NCBI GenBank assembly: GCA_964035545.1 | Contig: OZ037766.1 | Location: 29,948,640 to 30,012,639, forward strand | DNA from: Bugula neritina | Lineage: Eukaryota; Animalia; Bryozoa | Reading direction: 5' to 3' | Length of the DNA: 64,000 nt | In this document: one piece after another, positions 1 through 9,829 of the stretch | How the letters are laid out: the number at the start of each line of letters is the position of its first letter | Position numbering within the stretch: the first letter of the stretch is position 1 | Program-made: the position numbers and the translations under genes | The notes under the pieces: model-generated | What the model was told of the DNA's origin: nothing | What the model saw: the letters and a program-made list of their open reading frames with translations, nothing else | The model's database searches: none

Positions 1-830
1 CAGTGGCTTTGGTGTTATATAGGTTTGTAAGTGTTTTTAAATATATAAAAAACATAATGTAAAAACACAATTGATAGTAGATGAAGTTGTTGTTGGGTGA
101 CTATGCTCTGTGGGTATTTGGATATTATTTAATTGCTACAGTACATATAATATAAATACAGAGTCTCTATAGGTTTTATGGTTGCACAGTAAGAGTTTTT
201 TTGAGTGTCGGCAGGTTGATAAGAGTTCGTTTCGCTTGTTTAGAGTACACATGGTAGGTTTGTATAAAATAAAAAAACATTCCCACAGGCATAAATTACA
301 CCTTTTGGTAATTGTGTTGTATGGTTTTGCTTTCCTCAACATTTTCCAACTTATATTGCGTTTAATGTTTTTGTTAGTTAGTTGCCAAGTGTATTTGCTA
401 AGTTCTGTTTGATTTGCTTTTTCTTTGTTTTTAAATGATGATTTGTGGTTTGCGTATCTTAGTTTGAACGGTCCTTCACTCAGGCCAATGTATGTTGCAG
501 GCTCGTTTTCGGTAGTTTCTACAGTTGCTTGGTATATTACTCTGCTCTCCTGACAGTTTTCTTCCAGTGTACAACTTTCTTTTTCTCTGCAGTTGCAGTT
601 TTTTCTGGGGGTTTTGTTTTGTTGCTTCTGTTTCTCTGTTTTTCTGATATTCTGTTTTTGTGGGCGTCTAAATTATGGTCTGTTTTATGTTTGGCATGCA
701 GCTGTAGCTAACTTTTATATTGTTTTTGTTGATTATTTTATAGAGTGGATGTTCAGATTTTAAAGAAGTTTTTTTGCAATTTTTGTGGTTACATATTGGC
801 TGTGTGTTGGATTGTACCAATCTACTTTTT
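1..830 (-). mobile_element. Penelope-like retroelement (PLE) fragment with GIY-YIG endonuclease; 3' part cut by the window edge
   Basis: Minus-strand translation: WYNPTHSQYVTTKIAKK / HPLYKIINKNNIKVSYSCMPN (degenerate, frameshifted region), then a stop-free frame 672-136: NCNCREKESCTLEENCQESRVIYQATVETTENEPATYIGLSEGPFKLRYANHKSSF...ELSKYTWQL...KRCNLCLWE...LNKRNELLSTCRH. This matches the C-terminal endonuclease region of PLEs. Confidence 0.88.
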
Positions 831-2920
831 TATATTATATATATGTTCAACCATTCAACCACTGAGCATTATAACCTATGAAATCTCAAAATGGTAATAA
901 AGTCTGCTTTGTCCTTTCTTCGACCATAAAAATTAATCTTTTTAACCTAAAAGGTGAACCCTAAGCTTTGCATATACATTTTATATTTATTCAAACATAT
1001 TATACAACGTGCCCATAAATTTTTTGTCAAAATTTCATCTGCTCCTACAAAATAAAAATCGGAGATGCATTTTATGTGGTGGTGACACATTTAGAACTTT
1101 GTTTACCAGATTAATTTGTCTGCAATTTTATTGGCTAATATGTTCTCACAAGGCTAATACTAATTGGCTTGCACAGCAGAGTTTTATTGATGATGAAGTT
1201 TTCCTTAAATTAAGGTGATGCAATCAAATACCAAATAGCTAAACGATCATGATAATGACATGGTATACATAATATTAATGGCCTGCGAGATATACTTAAT
1301 ATATGCAAATCGTTCATTACACTAAAAACCATTAGAACAGGATTCTACATGGTTTAATGTCAAAAAGTCATGCCATTAATTATCTTGTCACTGAGTAATT
1401 GTTGACAATAAAACACAAGCTATCTTTTAGCCAATAAAATAGCTGGTTTATATGATATATTGAGTAACAGGTTGCTCAACTATAGTGATGATGCATGACA
1501 AAAATGAATTTTTTCGTGATGACATCAGTAATATTATGTATATTATAAATTACTAGTGAAAAGCTATAATTTATACTTTCATCATTTAGTCTCAGTGCAG
1601 CTGCTCTAATTATTGGTATTAATAAAATTATATTGTAAGCACTAAGAGATGACGCATATATATATGCTTCAAATCAGAAAATAAAATTCTAATTTTCTTC
1701 TCCCATATATAGTACTTAAGGTATTTAGAAATTTTTTTTGAACGGCATCTTTAAAACAATTCATTTTTTCAGTCTAACTTTTAATAGCCATATCAGCTAC
1801 TGTGTAATCAATTAGGTGGTAGAATGCGTAGAATCAACTCTCTTGCATTGAAAATAAATATTATATTATAGACCTTCAATTAATGCTTTCTTTTAACTTT
1901 AACTACAATTAAATTTGTATACATATTCTCCTTATAATACTAAATAATTCAAGTGATCAATAATACCAATGAAGTATTTTGATCTTATATTTAATTTTAC
2001 CAACATTTCATAAAAGCAGCTATTCATTCAACCAGGTACCAACTCAGCTTTTTGCAAGCCACAGGCCACTACTGAGTAGTATTTGAGTTAAAAATCAAAC
2101 AAATTTATATTGCTAAGCGAATCTTACCACGAATCAACATAAATAACTGCATATCTATGTGCATGATGAAGATATAGCACCTTTGTGTATTATAATATTA
2201 TCTGTACTTCATACAGTTGAATGAAAAAAAGATTTTCCCAATAAAACACAGATTATTAGAACTTTAGTTTCAATGCTTAGGTTGAAATATAAAATAATTA
2301 CAAAATAGAAGATGTGACACAGATGACTACTTTATATTTTTACCACTTGAAGAGTAAGTTATTAACTAGGCAAATTACTCATAATCTGGATCATTAAATA
2401 TGGAACTGATCACTGGGTAAGGACCTATAAATCTGACAATTAATCTCTATAATACGATATGAACGCAGAAGTAGCATACACTATTTTTCAACAGCCTGCT
2501 ATAACTGTAACATATTATCATTACAGGATGTTCCAATTTTACAATTTTACTTTCTTTATTAGTGTGGTATTAAAACTTAAATAATGCTGATATAGTGTAA
2601 AAATGCAAATATTTCACCAAAAGCTTGACGGGGTGATTTTAATATGTTGACTACAAGTTGCTTACTAAAGTATACTTTCAACTTTTACCTTTCACCACTA
2701 TGTCCCCATAAGTCAAGTAGCTGATACAACTTGCTTGCTGTTTATCTATAATTGATTAGTTTGATGGGCTGAAGAAAAGACAATCTGCATATTGTCATTA
2801 ATTGTAGCTATCTTACAAATCTTATTTTTATTTTAAAGTCATCCTGCTATGACTCACTATAAACACTTATGTTGCAAATTATATTTAGCAATAATTTGGT
2901 AATGAAGCTCCTAGAACATC

Positions 2921-3005
2921 AACCAATCAGATAGCTGAGTTACATGGTAATCGCTTAAAGATTTGGTATATAAGGAGAAGGTTGAGATTTAATAAACAAA
3001 TCAGT
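2921..3005 (+). promoter_or_regulatory. Core promoter of paralog A (CCAAT box, TATA box, Inr-like TCAGT); repeated in every unit
   Basis: AACCAATCAG at 2921-2930, TATATAA at 2967-2973 and TCAGT at 3001-3005, ahead of the ATG at 3049. The same three motifs occur in paralog B. Confidence 0.75.
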
Positions 3006-3048
3006 ACTGAATATCAGTTACACTACAAGAGAAACTAGAACTATTACT

Positions 3049-4142
3049 ATGAGGAAGAGCATAGCCTGTGGTCTACTATTGGCAGCAGTTTTTGCTGTCT
3101 CTGTTGATCTGAGTGATGCAACTTGTGGACGTAAGTAAAATATGGACTTATCAAATCCTAATTTCAGAGTTGAAAATATTAATTAAATGCTTATCATCAA
3201 TTACTATATTATAGTATATACAAAGTATTAGCTAATATTTATGCATATAAGCTAACTTTAATGAGTTTCTAAGCGTTTGAGCAATAAATTGTCGTATTAA
3301 AACAAATGATAGTTTTTAAGTCCAATAAAAACATTTGTTTGAGTTTGAAAAGTTAATGAGACAGTAGAACTGTATTAAAAACTAAACATTTGTAATCTAC
3401 AAAAAATTTCTTTCATATTTAATAAAAAAATTATCCCTATCCTAAATGACATGATATTTAATGTTTAAAAAGTTTAGTTTAATCCCGAGTATTTTTTCAG
3501 ATGGAGTAAACTGCCCCAGTGGGTATCTCCACAATCCACATTCTAGCACCTGCTACAAAATTGTTACATTGTCAAAGAACTGGGATAATGCCAAAGCCTA
3601 CTGTGAAGGAAATGGAGACAGACTTGCTGTGTTTGACAGTACTGACTCTATTTCTTGGGCTAAACACATGAGAAAAACTCACTCAGGTAAATTACTATAA
3701 TATAACTTTCAAAATATATTATGATAAAACGTTTGCTTTTTTGAGTGCACATTTATATTGAAATATAGCTCCCCTATCATAGTTCGAGCAAAAATGGTTT
3801 ATATTATTGCAATGAAATAAAAGTAATACTCCGATATTTTTGTTTAAGAAAAAAAGATCATTGGCTAGAGCTAATATAGAAAATATTTTTACCCTATTTT
3901 ATGCAGCATGGAAAGGGCATATCAACAAATACATTTGGATTGGCGGAAGAAACTATCATGGTGTCTGGCAATGGGATGGGAAACTCAAGAAAGACATAGT
4001 TGTAGAGGACTGGTACCCCCAACGCCCCAACAATTTAGGAGGTCCTCAAGACTGTCTCGGTCTATTTGCTGATAGTAATGACCTCAAGTGGGATGATGGA
4101 ACCTGCACTTCTGCGGAATATTTTATGTGTGAAAAATATTAA
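3049..4142 (+). CDS. Secreted single-domain C-type lectin-like protein, paralog A, unit 1 (3 exons, 167 aa)
   Basis: Exons 3049-3130, 3501-3686, 3907-4142 with GT-AG phase-1 introns; 504 nt in total. Protein MRKSIACGLLLAAVFAVSVDLSDA-TCGHGVNCPSGY...CYK...WDNAKAYC...WIGG...WYPQRPNN...DCL...WDDGTC...FMCEKY: a signal-peptide-like N-terminus, the WIG motif and the long-form CTLD cysteine pattern. Confidence 0.95.
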
Positions 4143-4258
4143 CTAATAGAATAATTCAAACACTCTTTCTGTTTGTCACATCACAATAGCATGTATGTAC
4201 TTTCAATAATGATCGAAGTTTTCTTTTGACAAGTGATAAATTTTTGCATTGTTTTAAA

Positions 4259-4264
4259 AATAAA
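4259..4264 (+). terminator. Candidate polyadenylation signal of paralog A
   Basis: First AATAAA after the stop codon, ~117 nt downstream. The AT-rich context lowers specificity. Confidence 0.45.
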
Positions 4265-4493
4265 TATATTCATGCAGAGTATATTCAGCTAATTGTGTCT
4301 TTACAAAACTAAAGTTATATCAGATACATTTTGCATTAACGGAAAGCAAATAATTATAATTCATTATAGTTGATCTTACCTTTAAAAAGAATTTTCAAAA
4401 CTTAAAATTCAATTCTTTAAGCATTTTTGAATGTTAATACCTTTACATATCTTTATAAACATTAATAAAATAACCTTTGAATTATTGTAAAAA

Positions 4494-4620
4494 GGGAGCA
4501 GCCATGGTCTAGGGGTTAGAGCGTTTGCCTAGTAAACATGAAGTCATGGGTTCGAGCCCTGACAAAGGCCATTGGTAATGTTAGGAAAAGCACATAGTCA
4601 TAATTGTTCCCGTGCCTCAT
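4494..4620 (+). mobile_element. tRNA-derived SINE-like remnant with Pol III A and B boxes, unit 1
   Basis: A box TGGTCTAGGGG at 4505-4515 and B box GGTTCGAGCCC at 4549-4559 with tRNA-like spacing, but the acceptor and anticodon stems do not pair. The 3' boundary is uncertain. Confidence 0.7.
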
Positions 4621-4746
4621 TTAAATAAGTCCTTAGCTCCTTTTAACAAAAACCCTTTCTATCACAGATTTCTCACAGGGATAGCAACGATAAACTTGCG
4701 TGAGTTGTTTTTGTTGAATCATTTTAAGAATTTATATTATAAGAAT

Positions 4747-4916
<170 letters not shown>

Positions 4917-6923
4917 GCTATCACGGCTAGCACCATCGCAGCAAGCATATGCATCGTGCCATAATGTATGGAGAGGGAGACTGAGGAGTTGTCCTTTCGA
5001 TAATAATACTACAAAATCTCTACATCATAATTATTTTCTCTGATCTAGTTAAAACCTCTTAGATACAGGGTATTGAAAATTTAGTTTGCTCGTTTCAGCC
5101 ATGAAAATTTTTTTAAAACTCTCATAACTGCATTTTGTAAATTTGACAATTGCAAATTTGCAGTGTATATTTAAAAACTAAAAACCTTGTGAACCGATAA
5201 CTTAGTGTTTAGATGCATGTTCATAAGTGTTATAATGGCACATAGAGTTCACTTCTTATTAGCTATAATTAGTAGTTATATAATGATTTCTATGTGAATC
5301 ATGCATTTCCTTCTTATTGTCATAGTCAGCATCTATATATAATGCTTGTGTATATATAGTTATTGCTTATAAACGGTTAGTAATAGTTGCTATAATAGAT
5401 TCCAAAGTGCTATTGCCATCTTATATTCATAGTAGTTGTACCAAATAAATCAACATGTAATACATTACAAGTCAGCACCATCTTGTCACACACAATCACA
5501 CATACCATTATACCAATAAGCTAGCTTAGTTTGTATACTTGTAGAATTCCAGTGCCTTTAAATGCTATTGACTAAAACTTTTAAACTTCTATCATTACTA
5601 ATCCAGTTGCATACCATTGACAAAAAAAGACATGAACTAAATAAGTAGTTCATTGAACAATATTAAACTTTTAAATTCTATCTTCATTTGTGCTTTGATG
5701 CAAAGCACTGAACTTACGAAACTTATTCAACAGGTGGTTAATGGAATTTCATTTTTTTTTAACTTTTTGTGATGCTGTTAAACAAATTATAGTCGTTTTC
5801 TATTCAATTACAACCTTATCTAATAAAGCATCTACAGAATTGCACTACTATAGGAAACCATGCAGGCTGATATACGTTTTGGATAATTTGCATTCAATTT
5901 GTTCATTAAACTATCAATTTAGTAATCTGATATGCTCATTTGCTACTCACCCAACGCTGTCAGAGCTGACCAAATTATGTTAGAATTTGCTGTTATGCTA
6001 GTTGAGCAAGGCAGAGAGAAGCAATGGCAACAATATCAACAAAAAAATCAGGCTTGTCACTTTTGGGAATAAAAAGTTATAAAGCTGTTTATAATAAAAT
6101 CTTAAAGAATTTACAAGAGTCAAGTGAAAACAGTTTTTGACTTGCTGCTTCAACATGTAGGTTCTGCAAATGCTAAAAACACAATGGCTGAATACTTATT
6201 TTATTTCTCGTCTATTAAAGTAAAAATTACAAATCTAAGTCAATAAGTTTTCTCATAAATTTACTGGCTCATACCCCCATGACCGTTGTGACCCAGTTAC
6301 CCCTACACACCATGTGCAGCAAATTAAGACTGAAAATTGAAACTAGTTTTAAGTCATTATAAAATTTTACCAGGCCGTGGTATTTTCTAGTGATTGTTAT
6401 AAATATGTAAAGGAAAAAAGGCTGAGAGGGAAACATGCAATGATGAAGTGCATTCAACTGTCATATATATACTGCGTGGTAATTTGTATGTGTTTGAGGC
6501 TCATGATGAAAAACCATCATGGATTCATATATCCCAATTTGCAAAAAGCTTAAGAGAAAACATAAAAAGCCCAACAAAATTAGAAAAAGTTTAATTATTT
6601 ATTTATGTTGTATTTTTTAGCATTTTATTAGTTTAGGGCAAACACATTCTGTATATTAGCAGCTAAATTGCAAAAAATAGCCAAAAAACAGAGAGATCGA
6701 GTGTGCACTAAAGAAAGTAAAATGGCCCTGATTGAGTTCTACATATGGTTTATGATGTTCGATTCAAACGCATGCAAACATGCTTTATTGTGCATGACAG
6801 CATATTAACATATAATAAACGTATTTATCTCCTTTGCAATATCTAGCCAGTTGTGATTGTTTAGGCTACTCTATATATGATACTTATTTAAATATTGTTC
6901 TACAGCAGATTTTAGTTTTTTTA

Positions 6924-6948
6924 ATATATATATATATATATATATACA

Positions 6949-7016
<68 letters not shown>
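6924..7016. repeat. Interrupted (TA)n microsatellite downstream of paralog B; present in every unit
   Basis: (TA)n-CACTG-(TA)n, ~127 bp past the paralog B stop codon. Length is almost constant between units. Confidence 0.97.
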
Positions 7017-7019
<3 letters not shown>

Positions 7020-7142
7020 ATATACCAAGTAATTGGTTGTAGAAAAATGCTTGAAACAAACAAAAAGTTCCAAAAGCAAAGAAAAATAAATAAAAAACAA
7101 AAATTATAATTTTTGAAGCCTTTTAATATAGTATATTTATAC

Positions 7143-8228
7143 TTAATATTTTTCACACATAAAATAATGCGCAGCAGTGCAGGTTCCATCATCCCATTGA
7201 AGATTCTGATTGTTAGCAAATAGACCGAGACAGTCTTGAGGGCCTCCCGCATTGTTGGGACGTTGAGGGTACCAATCCTCTACAACTATGTCTTTCTCGA
7301 GTTTCCCATCCCATTGCCAGACCCCTTGATAGTTTCTTCCGCCAATCCAGATGTATTTGTTGATATGCCCTTTCCATGCTGCATATAAGATAAGATAAAA
7401 TATAGATGTATTTCACTAGCAGCTTTGTGCAATCCTAAATGCAAGACTATAATATTATTGTTATTTTGCTGATGTTATTTGCCATAATCTAGACTAAAGC
7501 TCGTTTCAAGAAGCATAATATATATAACTATTCCAATATGATTGTGCACTCAAATCCACAATATATCTTTAAAAATTATGAGAATTCACCTGAGTGAGTT
7601 TTCCTCATATGTTTAGCCCAGGATATAGAGTCAGTACTATCAAACACAGCCAGTCTGTCTCCATTTCCTTCACAGTAGGCTTTGGCATCATTCCATTTCT
7701 TTGACAACGTAACAATTTTGTAGCAGGTGCTAGAATGTGGATTGTAGATATAGCCACTGGGGCAGTTTACTCCATCTGAAAAAAATATATATTTAGAATG
7801 AGCCAAAAATTTTAAACTCAAAATATCAAGTCATGTAAGATACAAGTATTATCTTTTATGTGTGACAACATTTTGTGTCAATTATAACAAGCGTTTGATG
7901 ATTTTTGCAATAGTCAAAAACCATTAATAATTAATACAACTATTGCTTTTTTAATTTTCCACATTTCTGCTAATCCGTTCATTAAAATTGTAAAAAAATA
8001 ATTAGTTCTAATACGTTTATTTATTTCAAGAGCAATGCAAGAACTTATTAAATTTGGTAAATTCTCAACAGTTTAGTTTTACATCTATTAACATTTTATT
8101 TGCAATTCTAAACTTGAACCCTATATAAGAACTTTGCTTTACTTACGTCCACATGTTGCATCACTCAGATCAAAACAGACAGCAATAATTGCTGCCAATA
8201 GTAGACCACAGGCTATGCTCTTCTTCAT
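7143..8228 (-). CDS. Secreted single-domain C-type lectin-like protein, paralog B, unit 1 (3 exons, 167 aa)
   Basis: Exons 8228-8147, 7775-7590, 7378-7143 have the same sizes (82/186/236 nt) and phases as paralog A. Protein MKKSIACGLLLAAIIAVCFDLSDA-TCGHGVNCPSGYIYN...WIGGRNYQG...WYPQRPNNAGGPQDCLGLFANNQNLQWDDGTCTAAHYFMCEKY; 20 aa differences from A. Confidence 0.95.
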
Positions 8229-8273
8229 AGTAATAGTTTTAGTTTCTCTTGTAGTGTATAACTGATTTTCAGT

Positions 8274-8359
8274 ACTGATGTGCTTATCACATCTCAACAC
8301 TCTCCCTTATATACCAAATCTCAATGTGATTACCAAGTAACTTAGCTACCTGATTGGTT
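8274..8359 (-). promoter_or_regulatory. Core promoter of paralog B (CCAAT box, TATA box, Inr-like TCAGT); repeated in every unit
   Basis: Minus strand: AACCAATCAG at 8359-8350, TATATAA at 8313-8307 and TCAGT at 8278-8274, ahead of the ATG at 8228. Confidence 0.75.
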
Positions 8360-8835
8360 GTTTTTTGTCCAGTAAACCGTAAATATATTGCAAAACCATC
8401 ACTAAACATTATTTTTTATATATGACTAAATAAATTATGTCTCTTATACGTATGTAGTTATGACAATTTTCTAGGTCTTGTTTTTTTAAATTAGCATCAG
8501 AAATTATCTTTCAAAAATTGTACATTGCATGAAAGCCCAACAAAAAATTAATTATAATATTTCATTGCATTATATTCTAGTAAACAACATCTGTTAGATT
8601 TATAATTGAGTGTAAAAGACATTGTTAAAATTATTAGCTTAAAATTTCTGCTAATACAAAAGCTAGACTAGACACTGCTTCTTGCTACTTGAAGAATCTC
8701 TGACAGACTCCATTAATGCATTGCTAAGATGTTGATATAGATTTAAGCTGTCATGTCTATAAACTGTTTATTTGAAGGCTTTATGCTCAATAAAAAGTTT
8801 TAATGTAGACTTTGTGTAGAAATATATATATATAT

Positions 8836-9829
8836 TATCAAGAAAAAGAGCAATTTAATTAGATATTATTTTATTGTGCTACTAATTACTATTAGTTTCA
8901 TTCCTCTGCAGCACTCTTCAGGCACAATATTGAATTCAAATTTTACATTAAGAAAATCAACATGCTAAACGTACAATGTAAAACATAACACAAACATAGC
9001 AGTGGCTTTGGTGTTATATAGGTTTGTAAGTGTTTTTAAATATATAAAAAACATAATGTAAAAACACAATTGATAGTAGATGAAGTTGTTGTTGGGTGAC
9101 TATGCTCTGTGGGTATTTGGATATTATTTAATTGCTACAGTACATATAATATAAATACAGAGTCTCTATAGGTTTTATGGTTGCACAGTAAGAGTTTTTT
9201 TGAGTGTCGGCAGGTTGATAAGAGTTCGTTTCGCTTGTTTAGAGTACACATGGTAGGTTTGTATAAAATAAAAAAACATTCCCACAGGCATAAATTACAC
9301 CTTTTGGTAATTGTGTTGTATGGTTTTGCTTTCCTCAACATTTTCCAACTTATATTGCGTTTAATGTTTTTGTTAGTTAGTTGCCAAGTGTATTTGCTAA
9401 GTTCTGTTTGATTTGCTTTTTCTTTGTTTTTAAATGATGATTTGTGGTTTGCGTATCTTAGTTTGAACGGTCCTTCACTCAGGCCAATGTATGTTGCAGG
9501 CTCGTTTTCGGTAGTTTCTACAGTTGCTTGGTATATTACTCTGCTCTCCTGACAGTTTTCTTCCAGTGTACAACTTTCTTTTTCTCTGCAGTTGCAGTTT
9601 TTTCTGGGGGTTTTGTTTTGTTGCTTCTGTTTCTCTGTTTTTCTGATATTCTGTTTTTGTGGGCGTCTAAATTATGGTCTGTTTTATGTTTGGCATGCAG
9701 CTGTAGCTAACTTTTATATTGTTTTTGTTGATTATTTTATAGAGTGGATGTTCAGATTTTAAAGAAGTTTTTTTGCAATTTTTGTGGTTACATATTGGCT
9801 GTGTGTTGGATTGTACCAATCTACTTTTT
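8836..9829 (-). mobile_element. 5'-truncated PLE (~1 kb): GIY-YIG domain, 3' UTR and terminal hammerhead, with short (TA)n on both sides
   Basis: Same coding remnant (endonuclease frame 9671-9135). The 3' region runs to the hammerhead at 8872-8929 and ends at the TA tract at 8822-8835; the 5' break abuts the TA tract at ~9830-9843. Boundaries are approximate. Confidence 0.85.
8872..8929 (-). ncRNA. Type I hammerhead ribozyme
   Basis: Minus strand reads UAUUGUGC-CUGAAGA-GUGC-UGCAGAG-GAAU-GAAA-CUAAU-AGUA-AUUAG-UA-GCACAAUA: perfect 8-bp stem I, CUGANGA core, imperfect stem II, GAAA, perfect stem III with a tetraloop and a GUA cleavage triplet (predicted cut between 8880 and 8879). Confidence 0.85.

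Noticed and set aside
182-711. Plus-strand ORFs 182-412 and 529-711, the latter hydrophobic and membrane-like
   Set aside because: They are antisense shadows of the A-rich PLE endonuclease frame.
1009-1218. Short ORFs 1009-1218, 5741-5983, 6269-6457 and 7213-7416
   Set aside because: No recognisable motifs and mostly non-ATG starts. Identity between units reflects the DNA duplication only, and 7213-7416 is an alternative frame over B exon 3.
3461-3700. ORF-track starts MFKKFSL..., MFKKKRS... (3840) and MSLKFLA... (7821) as independent small genes
   Set aside because: Their N-termini are intron sequence. The coding parts are exons 2 and 3 of the spliced lectin genes, bounded by canonical AG and GT sites.
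3049-4142. Assignment as a type II antifreeze protein or a named lectin such as perlucin
   Set aside because: Fish type II antifreeze proteins have ten cysteines and these have seven. No specific orthology can be established without a database search.
4498-4570. Functional tRNA gene (possible AGT anticodon)
   Set aside because: The acceptor and anticodon stems do not pair and there is no adjacent oligo-T terminator; better explained as a SINE head.
4965-5030. Possible second hammerhead on the plus strand (CTGAGGAG...CGATAA)
   Set aside because: GAAA is replaced by GATA, and no convincing stems II and III or cleavage triplet can be drawn.
6269-6315. GC-richer patch TGACCCAGTTACCCCTA resembling a DNA-transposon terminal repeat
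   Set aside because: I found no matching inverted partner, target-site duplication or transposase remnant in the unit.
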